Numbered from the stretch's first letter, positions 8,996-18,687 are shown. The stretch: 64,000 nucleotides of DNA from Terrimicrobiaceae bacterium (GCA_044342325.1 JBIIPZ010000001.1:64001-128000), one strand, 5' to 3'. A program made the numbers and translations. The notes: generated from the sequence alone by a model not told the origin.

Positions 8996-9997
8996 CTATT
9001 TTGAAGCAGCTTTGTCGCGGTATTGGATATAGCCGGTGCGGACAGCGATGTAGGGATCGATCGCATTCTGGGTGGCGGCATCGTAGAGGTTGATTCTGGT
9101 ATTCATGTTCCGCGCGGCGCTTGGCGCGGACACCGCCAAGGCGGTCGCACCGGTGACTCCCCCGTAGGAGAGCCAGGAAACAGGGTTCAAGGCATAGTCT
9201 CCGGCCATTCCCACCGTGTCGCGCACGCTCCTCGGCCCGAGCACCGGTAGGACGACATAGGCTCCATGGCCCATGCCCCACTTCGCGAAAGTCTGGCCTG
9301 TGTCCGCTGGGGGAATGTTTGCCAACTCGGGAATACGGTCGCTGACCTTTAGGATGCCTCCCACGCCGGCCACCGAATTCACCAAAAACTTCCGCGTCTC
9401 CAGATCAGCGCGCTTGAACTCAAATTGCAGGGCATGATTCACCACGCGGACTGGATACTCGACATTGTCGAAAATATTGTGAATCGCCTGGCGGGCGGGG
9501 GAGGGTAGGACAAACTCGTAGGCTTTGGAGACTGGTCGCAGCAGATAATTGTAAAGTTGGTGGTTCAGCCAGAAGGTGCCCCGGTTCAAAGGCTCCGCAG
9601 GGTCGGGAATGCTGGCAACTTGGCTGTATTCGTCCAAGTCATCACCCGCAGGCGCGGGCGCCGCCTTTTTCTGGATTCGAATGGTCGGATCCTTCGACTT
9701 GGGGGCGGTTTTTTGGACAGGTTTGACCGGCTTGGGGGCCGGCTTCGAAACGGATGGGGCCGGAGTTGGTTTTGGCTTCGGTATTGGCTTTGGAGTCGGC
9801 TTAGGGGATGGTTCCACAGCGCTTCTTAAAAACAGCGTCCCGTCAGAGTTTTTTGGGAGTTTCCCGCCGCGTGCAGGTTGGACCCCATCTTTCGTGATGA
9901 TGACGATGTCGTTATCCGAAGGGCTGCTTGCGGACGCTGCATTCAGGTCACACAAGGCCAGAGCGGCTACGACCAGAATCGAGAAAGACTTCTTCAT
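8996..9997 (-). CDS. mlaA: MlaA/VacJ lipid-asymmetry protein with long Pro/Lys-rich N-terminal extension
   Basis: DPAEPLNRGTFWLN, DTGQTFAKWGMGHGAYVVLPVLGPRSVRD, DPYIAVRTGY. Confidence 0.9.
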   Translation of the reverse strand: MKKSFSILVVAALALCDLNAASASSPSDNDIVIITKDGVQPARGGKLPKNSDGTLFLRSAVEPSPKPTPKPIPKPKPTPAPSVSKPAPKPVKPVQKTAPKSKDPTIRIQKKAAPAPAGDDLDEYSQVASIPDPAEPLNRGTFWLNHQLYNYLLRPVSKAYEFVLPSPARQAIHNIFDNVEYPVRVVNHALQFEFKRADLETRKFLVNSVAGVGGILKVSDRIPELANIPPADTGQTFAKWGMGHGAYVVLPVLGPRSVRDTVGMAGDYALNPVSWLSYGGVTGATALAVSAPSAARNMNTRINLYDAATQNAIDPYIAVRTGYIQYRDKAASK

Positions 9998-10009
9998 GGC
10001 AGTGGAGGG

Positions 10010-10591
10010 CTAAGGCGCGGAGACAGATTTTTTGAGCGCGCCCAGAACGGCATCGGCACCGCCCTGCTTGAATTCGGCGTCGAACTGGGTTCGGTAGTTC
10101 CCCACCATGCTCACGCCTTCAATGACGACATCGGTGATCCTCCAACCATCGATTTCCTCAAGGCGGTAGATGACATTGTATTTCGAGCCTTTGTAGAGCG
10201 TCATTGTGGAAACCTCGACCCGCTCGGGCGTTGGTGAAGTAGCGGCTTTGTAAGTGATCTCCGGCAGCTCGCCGGGTGTGAATTTTCCGGAATAGGTGCG
10301 GATGATCAATGTGCTGAAGAGTCGGATGGCTTCCTTCTGTTGCTCAGCCGTGAATTGCTTCCAGCCCGGCCCGACGGCTCGCCGCGTCATGGCATCGAAG
10401 CTGATGATCTTCAGCAAAAGGGGGCGAAGGCTGTCAGCCAGAGCCGTGCTGTTTGGCGAAGACTTGCCAATGCTGACGACTTCGTTGATGGATTTTTTCA
10501 GGAAAGCCTCGGCGTCTGCTGCTGAGGCAGCAAATGCGTTTGGAATAGCAGCCAGCAAGGTTAGTGCAATGAGAACGGGGAGTGTTTTCAC
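10010..10591 (-). CDS. mlaC: MlaC/Ttg2D periplasmic phospholipid shuttle
   Basis: FDAMTRRAVGPGWKQFTAEQQ, WRITDVVIEGVSMVGNYRTQF. Confidence 0.92.
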   Translation of the reverse strand: MKTLPVLIALTLLAAIPNAFAASAADAEAFLKKSINEVVSIGKSSPNSTALADSLRPLLLKIISFDAMTRRAVGPGWKQFTAEQQKEAIRLFSTLIIRTYSGKFTPGELPEITYKAATSPTPERVEVSTMTLYKGSKYNVIYRLEEIDGWRITDVVIEGVSMVGNYRTQFDAEFKQGGADAVLGALKKSVSAP

Positions 10592-10600
10592 GATGGTGGA

Positions 10601-11077
10601 TTACTTGGTTTCTTTTTCGGCTTTGTCTTGGTTAACGGATCCAAAAGCCATTTTACCGATCAGCGATTCGAGGTCTACTGCGGATTCGGTGAGTGTGATG
10701 CGATTACCCGGCTTCAAATAGGTTTCATCCGCTCCAGGAGAGAGGGAGACGAACTTGTCGCCAATTAGACCTGTGGTTTTGATCGATGCCATGGAATCGG
10801 TGGGTAATTGCAGACCTTCCAGAACGCGCAAGGTGACGATGGCACTGAAATCAGAGGGTTCGATGCGCACCCCTTCGACCCGGCCAACCGTGACTCCTGC
10901 CACCATGACGCTGCTACCGGGATGGATACCGCCGGCATTTGTAAAGCGGGATTCGATGATGTAGGTGTCGCCGCTGACCAGTGATCCCGTTCCGACTTGA
11001 ATCGTGAGGTAAGCGATGGCTGCGATGCCGAGTAGCACGAAGATGCCTACGGAAAGTTCGAGTTTCGTGTTTTTCAT
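10601..11077 (-). CDS. mlaD: MCE-domain protein MlaD
   Basis: ELSVGIFV, FTNAGGI..GSSVMVAGVTVGRV, TTGLIGDKFVSLSPG, DLESLIGK. Confidence 0.92.
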   Translation of the reverse strand: MKNTKLELSVGIFVLLGIAAIAYLTIQVGTGSLVSGDTYIIESRFTNAGGIHPGSSVMVAGVTVGRVEGVRIEPSDFSAIVTLRVLEGLQLPTDSMASIKTTGLIGDKFVSLSPGADETYLKPGNRITLTESAVDLESLIGKMAFGSVNQDKAEKETK

Positions 11078-11081
11078 AAAA

Positions 11082-11879
11082 TTAGGGTGTTGGATGGCTG
11101 CGGCGGATTTCGGCGAGTGACTCTCCGAGAGCCTGGGCACTGTCGCGGAAGAGCGAGACTACAGGTTCGCTTGAAGAGGAAAACTCGGCAGGTGAGCCGA
11201 CAAAGGCAATGCGCCCTTGGTTCAACAATGCCACCCGATCGCTCGCGACCAGCGCCTCGGGCACATCATGGGTCACGATGAGCGCTGTGAAATTGAAGTG
11301 GCGTTGATACTTGGCAATCATCGCAAAAACCGCATTCCGGCGCAGGGGATCGAGTCCGGCGGTGGGTTCGTCAAACAAGACCAGCTCGGGACGGGTTACA
11401 ATCGCCCTCGCCAAGGCCAAGCGCTTCTGCATGCCGCCTGAAAGTTGGGCCGGGTAGTGGTGGAGGAAGTCTTCCATTTCGAGTTGTTGCAAAGCATCCC
11501 GGCAGCGGCTCAGGATTTCCATCTTCCCCAGAGTTGTCGTTTGCTCCAAAGGAAGAGCCACATTTTCCAGAGTGGTGAGGGAATCGAACAGGGCGTTGCT
11601 CTGAAACAAAAAACTACATCGCCTGCGGAATTCAGCGCGCGCGGCGGAATCGCCCGCTTCCAGTTCCTGTCCGTCGAAGCGGATTCGCCCGGCGTCTGGT
11701 TGCAGGATGTTTGCGAGACATTTCAGGAAGACGGATTTCCCAGTGCCACTCGGGCCAAGGACGGTAAAAATACTGCCACGAGGAACTTCCAGATCCACCC
11801 CCCGGAGCACGGATTTTCCCTGGAAGCCTTTTTGCAGGCCCTCGACATGAAGAGCGATGGGGTGCTTGGCAGTTTCCAT
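11082..11879 (-). CDS. mlaF: ABC ATPase MlaF
   Basis: GPSGTGKS, LFQSNALFDSLT, LSGGMQKR, FDEPTAGLDP. Confidence 0.92.
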   Translation of the reverse strand: METAKHPIALHVEGLQKGFQGKSVLRGVDLEVPRGSIFTVLGPSGTGKSVFLKCLANILQPDAGRIRFDGQELEAGDSAARAEFRRRCSFLFQSNALFDSLTTLENVALPLEQTTTLGKMEILSRCRDALQQLEMEDFLHHYPAQLSGGMQKRLALARAIVTRPELVLFDEPTAGLDPLRRNAVFAMIAKYQRHFNFTALIVTHDVPEALVASDRVALLNQGRIAFVGSPAEFSSSSEPVVSLFRDSAQALGESLAEIRRSHPTP

Positions 11880-11881
11880 TC

Positions 11882-12676
11882 TCAGATAAAAAACGAACTA
11901 ATGATGTAATCCGTCACGAGCACAGCGATGCTTGAAAGCACCACCGCCCGCGTCGTGCAGGCGCTCACGGCTCGCGCCCCAACGGCGGATCCATTCCTGT
12001 CGGCATGAAATCCCTGATAAGCGCAGATGCTCATTGATAAAAGCCCGAACGCCGCCGCCTTGCTGAAGCATTCCATCAAATCCCTCGCCTCGACCGCCCG
12101 GTGCACAGCGGACCAGTAAACACCCGAATCCACGCCGAGCAGGACCGAGCCCGAAAGGCTTCCTCCCCATATTCCCAAGATGACAAAAAGCGCCGCCTGA
12201 ATTGGAAAAACAATCAGAGCCGCAACGAGACGCGGTGCCACAAGATAGCCATGGCTGTTCACTCCCATCGTCTCCAAGGCCACGATTTGCTCGGTGTTGC
12301 GTTGTATTCCCAACTCCGCCGCAAAAGCCGATCCCGCCTGCCCGATGAGCATGAGAGATGCCAGCACAGGTGCCATTTCCCGCACCAGACTCAGCGAAAC
12401 CAAAGTGCCCAACAACCCCTGCGAACCAAACCGGCTCAGCACATGGTAGCCCTGCAAACCCAACACCAACCCAGTGAAAACGCCCACAATCAATATGACC
12501 GGCAGACAAACCGTTCCCTGCTCATGCACAGCCCGGGCAATCCGCGTCAAAAGGCGCTTGGTCTGCGTCAAGGAAACAAACGACCTCCCGGTGAAAAGCG
12601 AGAACTCGCCCATTTCAAAAACAACGCTGAGCGTCCGCCTTCCAAGCCAGTGCAACATTGGGTGGATCATTGGCAC
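11882..12676 (-). CDS. mlaE: ABC permease MlaE
   Basis: REMAPVL, GSAFAAELG...EQIVALETMG, TTRAVV; start approximate. Confidence 0.92.
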   Translation of the reverse strand: MPMIHPMLHWLGRRTLSVVFEMGEFSLFTGRSFVSLTQTKRLLTRIARAVHEQGTVCLPVILIVGVFTGLVLGLQGYHVLSRFGSQGLLGTLVSLSLVREMAPVLASLMLIGQAGSAFAAELGIQRNTEQIVALETMGVNSHGYLVAPRLVAALIVFPIQAALFVILGIWGGSLSGSVLLGVDSGVYWSAVHRAVEARDLMECFSKAAAFGLLSMSICAYQGFHADRNGSAVGARAVSACTTRAVVLSSIAVLVTDYIISSFFI

Positions 12677-12780
12677 GAAAATGCGGATTTTACAACTGCT
12701 CGCGCATCCCCTGTCGGCGACAGCCGGGGTTCCTTAAAGGCAAATTGCACCAACCAAAACCGCTTGCTGATGCCTCAGAT

Positions 12781-14939
12781 CTACGCGCGGCGGAGGCTGA
12801 CAATGGTGGCGCGGAATTCGCCGCTGAGGTCGAGTTGCAGGGAATTGCCTTTGAGGGTTGCCGACAGGCCTTCTTTTTCGGGCCAGTCCTGATCGATTTT
12901 CCATCCGCTTTCGGCGAGTGGGATTTGCACGGACTTTGGAAATGCTTTGCCAAAGGTGTGGGCGACGAGCAGGGCGCGCTTGCCATTTTTCGAAGTGCGC
13001 AGCACGGCCTGCCAGCCTTGTGGGTGGCGCCAGCTTTTGCCGGTCTCGCTGTGGAAGGTGGAGTGGCCGTCGCGGATGATTGGATAGACGCGGCGGTAGA
13101 GTTCCATGGCGGAAACGCTGAGCTTCCATTGTGCAGCTGAGAGGTCGTGGACCTCGCCCGAAAGGCACATGCGGCCGAGGAAGGTGGCGGCGAGAGAGTA
13201 GGCGGGCGTTGCGCGGTGTCGTTCTTGCGCCGCACCGCCCAGATCTGTGACTGGCGCGGCAGGATGAGGCGTTGGAGATTGGCGGCGATGATAGAGATCT
13301 CGCGGGTCTCGTGCGCATCGGAGAATGATCCCATCGCGCAGAGGCCCATCATCGAGGGTTCGAGACGATGACCGCCGGAAGAGCAGTTCTCAATGACGAG
13401 ATCGGGAATTTCCTCGCGCATCTTGCGGAAGAATTTCTGCATGCCTTCGAGGTGCTGGCGCAAACCTTCACCGGGTGATTCGGCCCCATCGACGCCGAAG
13501 CCGATGGTCTCGTTGTAATCGACCTTGAGGTAGCCGAAGCCGTTGTTGCGCAAAAGGTCGATCGCCTTCTTGGTCAGATAATCGAACGTGCGCGGATCGC
13601 GAAAATCCCAGAAACGCCTGCCCGCATCCAGCACCTGTCCATCGCGACGCAGCAGCGCGTCGTCCTGAGCCGCCCGGGCGGAGTGAATTCCCAGCGTCTC
13701 CATCTCGAACCAAAGCCCGGGAATCAATCCGCACTCGCGGATGGCTTGGGCGGCTGCGGCAAGACCATTGGGAAAAAGGCGTTTGCTCACCTCCCAATCC
13801 CCATGCCCCGAGGACCAGCTCGTCCCTTCCGCCTGATACCAGCCCGCATCAATCACCAGGTATTTGGCAGGCGTCCCTTTGATCCGTTGGGCTAGTGCCA
13901 GCAGATCTTCCTGAGAGGGATTGCCCCAGCTGGTGCACCACTCGTTCACCACGATGGGCAGTTCGTTCTCGATCTTCGGCAAATTCGCCAGCGGGCCTTC
14001 CTGTGCGGAACTGAGGCGCTGCGCGAGTTCATCGATATTACCCTTGATACAACCGATCGTGGCGGCGGGCGTGTCGTAGGTTTCGCCTGCCTTTAGCGTT
14101 TTGAACCAATGTCCGAACTCGCGGTCGGCCTGACCACCCGATAGCGCGACGAAATCGTCCTTGCGGAACACTTCCATCTGCCACGAGCCGGGAGTGGCAA
14201 GTTGTGCGCCCCAGAGCACGCCGGCCTCGCGATCCTCGAGCGCGACGAAGGGGAAAAATCTCCGCACCGGCATCGAGCCAACCTGGCCAAAGCGTTCGCA
14301 GGCGATGCCGTGACCGATCCATGACCGCTCAAGTTGCAGGTCTTCGATGTCTTGCGTATTGAGGCGCCCTTCGGCACTCCAAGTGGAGCGGTAGCGATGC
14401 ACGGCCAAACGGTTCGGCGCGTCATCATGGGCATAGGGCGTCATGCCACCGAGCGAGAAGCTGCTGAGCATTTCGAGGGTCACCGGTTTCTTACCGGCAT
14501 TTCGCACGCTCACACGACTGGAAAAAACCGGTGTGTTTCCCTGCTATGAAAGCCTATGCTCGCAGCGCAAGCCCGAGGGATGCTTGAGGGTGGTGATGAC
14601 GCGCGTGCTGCCGTTTTTCTTGTGAACCTTCTGACCGATGAATTCGAGAACCTCCGTCGAGTGCCCCGCCCGCATGGTGCGACCCTGGGAAAAGGACCCG
14701 CCATAGATGTCCTCCATGCACTTGAGCTGCACCAGCGCATCGAGCGACCACGCATGCATCGGTTGCCACATTGCCGGCAGGCCCACGATCTCGACATCCG
14801 GCGGCAGGAATTCGCGATGCTTCACCGGCGCGAGCGATTTCGGATGAAGCGAGAGCTGCGGCGCGCCCTTGCCTTCGGCGGGTGCATCGAAGCGGATGAT
14901 CGTGTCGCCGACGGTGAATTTGGAAAGGAGTTTGGTCAT
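12781..14939 (-). pseudogene. GH36 alpha-galactosidase pseudogene
   Basis: VIDAGW, GLWFE, YLKVDYN, IENCSSGG. In-frame TAG at 14544-14546 and a 1-nt frameshift near 13204 (restoring it gives QRLAYSLAATFLGRMCLSG). Confidence 0.85.
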
Positions 14940-16033
14940 GATAAAGTAAGTATTAAGGGAGCGTCGGTCTCACTGAAACTTGCGGATGAAGTCAGGTGCA
15001 AACAAAATAATCTCCGTTTCGAGGCCGCGATCCGAACTTCGAAGACGGCTGCCGGGGCGTTGCTTTGCCTGGATGGCATTTCCAAGCGCAGGCAGTCGGT
15101 GGAAATGCTGCCCTGGAAGGCAATGACATCACGCGCCTGATGATTCTTCTCGATCCCGTGCAGGATGCGTCCGGTTCCGTCTAGCAGGCGGTAGTCGCGC
15201 ACAGTGAATGGCATCACCCGCTCCGGGTGGTCCATTAATACGCTCTCAAGCGGATGATCCTAGTCGGCGTCAAAAGTGATTTCTACCCGGCCGATGTTTT
15301 GAGGTGAGGGCCATTTGAGCTCAAGCCAGGCGTTCCCATCGCTTGGAGCCGCCACCCAGGCGTTGGTGGCATCGTTCGGGCGTGGGATGCCATTGATGAC
15401 ATTTTCCGAACCGAACCCTTCGAGCGCGGGAGAAAACCTCAGGGCGAGGTTTTGTCCGGCGGGTCGGCGCACGGGCGACCATTGTTCAAACGAATCGACT
15501 CCGATTCCTTCCGGAGCCTTTTGATCGCTTTTACGCCGCACGGTAAGCAAGCCGGTGATCTGTTCCTCGCTGGTCCGAATCCGGACGGCGGGGTTTGCGG
15601 CGAAAAAGACGAAGGCATAAGTCGCTTGGGCAAATTCCGTCTCGAATTCGATTGTTACTTCCTGCGCCAGTCCGGCCGAGAGTTCGATGCGGCGTGTGGC
15701 GAGGGTGTGCTCCGGGGTGAAGTTGTCGGGCCGATGACCGGTGCGCAGCGCCACTTCGAGGGTTGTCGGTTCCGAAACATCGAGTAGGCAGGTGATCACG
15801 GAGACGCGTGCGGCATGCAAGGGGAGCAGTTGCGCCCACGAATGTTCGAGGTGGATCAACGGGCCGTCGGGTGCCAGCGCTGAGAGACGAAGGTCTCCGG
15901 AGGAGGTCAGCGTTGCCTTTCGGGCAAGATTCTCCTCATCGAGCAGGCGGTAGCCGGGGATGTGTTGGTCGGTGCGTGCGAGATCGCGGCGGAACACGCG
16001 CAGGCGCTCCGGTTCATTCAGATCGCGCGGCTT
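14936..16033 (-). pseudogene. 3' remnant of a large FAD-dependent oxidoreductase-type gene of sugar loci
   Basis: RTDQHIPG...NVINGIPRP..TNAWVA..WLELKW..ITFDAD*DHPLESVLMDHPERVMPF; in-frame TAG 15260-15262; N-terminal FAD domain missing. Confidence 0.65.
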
Positions 16034-16456
16034 GGTATAGCTGTCGAGCCGCATGACCAGTGTGCGGGCATCGCGCTTATCGGTCTTGACGCGCATGCAG
16101 CGCGGGTCGACTCGCTCGGGCGTGACGACGATATTAGCGACGCCCATTTCCTCCAGAGCGCGATGAAGGTGGTATCCGAAAGACTCGGCCTCGTAGCAGG
16201 AGTGGAGCTCGATGCCAGGGCCGCCGGAATCCTTGATGAACTTGAAAGCTTGCTCCGAATTCATCTTGAGCGAGGGTTGCGGGGTTCTGTCGCCGATCTG
16301 GCGACACACAGTTATCTGGTTCGCGTGGACATCCAGACCGAATTTGATTTTGATGATTTCCTTGGCCGGAGCCTCGAACTTTTGGCTTACTGCGTCTTGT
16401 TTCATATGGAGCCGACAGTATGGCGCGGTTCACGCCGTCTCTTGGCTACATGTCAT
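16034..16456 (-). mobile_element. Truncated IS110-family element (left end plus N-terminal DEDD/RuvC-like domain)
   Basis: ATG 16405; GLDVH, CYEA(E)SFGYHLHRAL, RVKTDKRDA motifs; C-terminal Tnp domain and right end absent. Confidence 0.85.
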
Positions 16457-16493
16457 CTCCCGGTTGCACGAGTCGCGCTGCCGCGCGGCAGCG
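16457..16493. repeat. Interrupted REP unit abutting the IS110 left end
   Basis: ctccc-ggtt-gcacgagtcgcgctgccgcgcgg matches ctccc-attg-gcacgaatcgcgctgccgcgcgg (19753-19784), but the REP hairpin is replaced by IS sequence. Confidence 0.7.
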
Positions 16494-16512
16494 TGATCGT
16501 TCGCGAAAAGCT

Positions 16513-17295
16513 TCAAACCACGATTGTGTGGGGCAGGGGGAATCCCTCGGCACCAGGGCAATGAACGCAGGTATGGTTGTTTCCGGAGGCTTGGAGTTTT
16601 TCCTGGATGGTGCCGGTGGCTAGTGCCGGGGCGTTGCAGTCCTCGCTTAAGTGCGCGAGGAGGACATGGCGTAGATCAGGGCTTGCGATTTCGGCAATGA
16701 GGCCGGCTGCGGCTTGATTAGAAAGGTGGCCGTGACGGGAGAGGATGCGTTGTTTCACAGACCAGGGGCGCTTCTGATCATTTTGCAGGAGGGTCTCGTC
16801 GTGGTTCGCTTCGATGAGCACGGCATTGACGCCGCGCGTCGCGTTGACCACCTGGCGCGGGGCGTGTCCGAGATCGGTGAGGACGGCGAAGGATGAGGAT
16901 TCATGTCTCAAAACAAAACCTACCGGGTCGGCGGCATCATGCGGCACGGAGAAGGGATGGATGTTGAAGTCCCCGAGTTGAAAGGCGGCTCCGCTTGAGA
17001 AGAAGCGCCACTCTGCTTGCATGCCGCCTTTGCGCAGGCTGTCTGCAGTGAGTGGGTTTGTGAAAACAGGGATCGCATTTTTTCCGCAAAGCCCTTTGAG
17101 GCCGCGCGTGTGGTCCACATGCTCGTGAGTGAGAAAAATCCCTGCGAGCATCTCGGGCGGCGTCGCCAGTCCAGCAAGAAGCTCGTTGAGGCGTTTCGCG
17201 CTTAGGCCTGCGTCGATCAAAATCGAAGTCCCTCCCGCCTTGGCAAGAATGGCGTTTCCCGAGCTGCCGCTGGCGAGGATGGAGACATGAATCAT
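16513..17295 (-). CDS. MBL-fold metallo-hydrolase (YycJ/WalJ-like)
   Basis: LASGSSGN, IDAG, THEHVDH, VPHDAADPVG, IEANHD, GHLSN, LAHLS. Confidence 0.9.
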   Translation of the reverse strand: MIHVSILASGSSGNAILAKAGGTSILIDAGLSAKRLNELLAGLATPPEMLAGIFLTHEHVDHTRGLKGLCGKNAIPVFTNPLTADSLRKGGMQAEWRFFSSGAAFQLGDFNIHPFSVPHDAADPVGFVLRHESSSFAVLTDLGHAPRQVVNATRGVNAVLIEANHDETLLQNDQKRPWSVKQRILSRHGHLSNQAAAGLIAEIASPDLRHVLLAHLSEDCNAPALATGTIQEKLQASGNNHTCVHCPGAEGFPLPHTIVV

Positions 17296-17398
17296 GAGCT
17301 TTTTATGGTAATCAAAACGGCTCATGGTTTGCGAGTCGAAGATCGGTGCGCAAGAGAGGACTTGCAGTGGATATGCGGCACGGATAGAGCCTTCGGAC

Positions 17399-18010
17399 AT
17401 GAAAAGTTTTCTCACACTTCGCAAGGGCGGCAATGATGCGGGTGTCGTTGCTTTGGTCGCCGTATGCATTTTGCTCCTCGCGGGATTCCGCGTGCTTCGG
17501 GCAGGACTTCTTCCGGAGTTGCCAAACTTCTCTCCGGTGGCGGCTGTGGCTTTTTGCGGCGGGCTTTTCCTGCCCGGCGTTCTGGCTTGGGTCGTTCCTT
17601 TCGGCATCCTCTTTGTTTCCGACCTGGCTTTAGCCATGCTCCTCGGATACCCGGCATTCAGCTCCGCGCAGTTTGTTTCCTGGGCCTGCATTTTGGCAGT
17701 CGTTGGAATCGGCCGCCTTCTGTCCAAAGCATCCTTCTCAACGCCACGATTTTTTTCCGCGTTGATCGGCAGCGGACTCTTTTTTTACCTCGTGACCAAT
17801 ACCGCCGCGTGGATCGGAAATCCCTCGTATCCCAGAGGCTTGGGCGGGCTTTGGATGTCGCTCACCACAGGATTGCCTGGCTTTCCTCCTTCTTGGATGT
17901 TTTACCGCAACGCGGTAGTCTCGGACCTCATCTTTGGAGCGTTGCTTCTGGCGGTTTGGGCTCTAGCCCGTCGCGCCGTGAGGGAAAATCCTCAGCTCCA
18001 CAGCGCCTGA
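17399..18010 (+). CDS. Integral membrane putative transporter substrate component (DUF6580-like)
   Basis: PNFSPVAAVAFCGG, SDL, FFYLVTNTAAW, YPRGLGGL, GLP; about 6 TMs. Confidence 0.7.
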   Translation: MKSFLTLRKGGNDAGVVALVAVCILLLAGFRVLRAGLLPELPNFSPVAAVAFCGGLFLPGVLAWVVPFGILFVSDLALAMLLGYPAFSSAQFVSWACILAVVGIGRLLSKASFSTPRFFSALIGSGLFFYLVTNTAAWIGNPSYPRGLGGLWMSLTTGLPGFPPSWMFYRNAVVSDLIFGALLLAVWALARRAVRENPQLHSA

Positions 18011-18030
18011 TCTCGTGAGTTTTCCTCTCT

Positions 18031-18070
18031 AAAAAATAAAAAACCCGACCCGTTTGCGGGTCGGGGATTT
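18031..18070. terminator. Intrinsic terminator between convergent genes
   Basis: Stem cccgacccg-tttg-cgggtcggg (18044-18065) with an A-run on the left, giving a U-tract on the minus strand. Confidence 0.85.
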
Positions 18071-18093
18071 CATCGTAGAGAAGGAACGCTTTT

Positions 18094-18396
18094 TTATTTA
18101 GCGACCGGGATCGGGTCCGGAGTCAGGGCCTTGGCCAAGGAGGCGAGGCCTTTGTATTTTTTGCCGGTCTTTTTAACCATGCCTCGGGAAACAAGATTTT
18201 GGAGTTTCTCGTAGGCTCGAAGGCGAAGCATCTCTTCGCCGCCGCTGGCTGCGTTGCGAGCCTTCAGACGCTCATGGACCTGATCGAACAACTGCTTGAA
18301 TTCGAAGGAGGTCTTTTTAGTAAGAACTGCCACCAGTTCCTCGGTAACCAAATCAGGTCCGCGTCGGGAGAACGCACTTTTTCGTTGCATAAGCAT
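18094..18396 (-). CDS. Small basic protein, possible winged-helix DNA-binding protein
   Basis: 100 aa, Lys/Arg-rich; helices then LQNLVSRGMVKKTGKKY (wing-like); own AT-rich upstream region and terminator. Confidence 0.7.
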   Translation of the reverse strand: MLMQRKSAFSRRGPDLVTEELVAVLTKKTSFEFKQLFDQVHERLKARNAASGGEEMLRLRAYEKLQNLVSRGMVKKTGKKYKGLASLAKALTPDPIPVAK

Positions 18397-18441
18397 TAGA
18401 AGAAATCTTTACCATGATCCTGCGGACTTGTCCATCTTTTG

Positions 18442-18493
18442 TTTCCTTAATAAGGAAAATAAACGTTAATAACGCTGTAACAATTTATAATTG
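18442..18493. promoter_or_regulatory. Three AT-rich palindromes, candidate operator array
   Basis: TTTCCTTA-A-TAAGGAAA (18442-18458), CGTTA-A-TAACG (18464-18474), CAATT-TAT-AATTG (18481-18493). Confidence 0.45.
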
Positions 18494-18646
18494 AATTTTC
18501 TAAAAAAATAATTTATTCGCATTGGCAGTTGGCTAAATTCTTCTATGGGACGGAAAACTCCCAGCATTGAAACCGAACGGTCTGGCTATTGCCTCGATCG
18601 GAAAATAAACCATCCGCTGCCACCCTGTGTTTTTTTGAAATTCGGA

Positions 18647-18675
18647 TTTACAAGGCTGCGGCGGCGATGCATCTT
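18647..18675 (+). promoter_or_regulatory. Candidate sigma70 promoter of tRNA-Leu
   Basis: TTTACA-N17-CATCTT ending 12 nt before the tRNA. Confidence 0.45.
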
Positions 18676-18687
18676 CACCATCCCGTT

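Noticed and set aside
12690..13200. C-terminal 170 aa of the 607-aa ORF as real protein
   Set aside because: Out-of-frame read-through after the frameshift; the GH36 sequence continues in the 12781-13170 frame.
14544..15262. Two in-frame TAG codons in adjacent genes as amber recoding or pyrrolysine
   Set aside because: TAG is a normal stop in intact genes here (19493-19495, 25872-25874), and the same locus also has a frameshift and truncation, so decay explains it.
17296..17398. Cobalamin riboswitch upstream of the DUF6580-like transporter
   Set aside because: Only about 100 nt shared with a divergent gene, and no B12-box motif seen.
17296..17727. N-terminal extension of the MBL hydrolase ORF
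   Set aside because: Overlaps the opposite-strand membrane protein; family motifs begin at ATG 17295.
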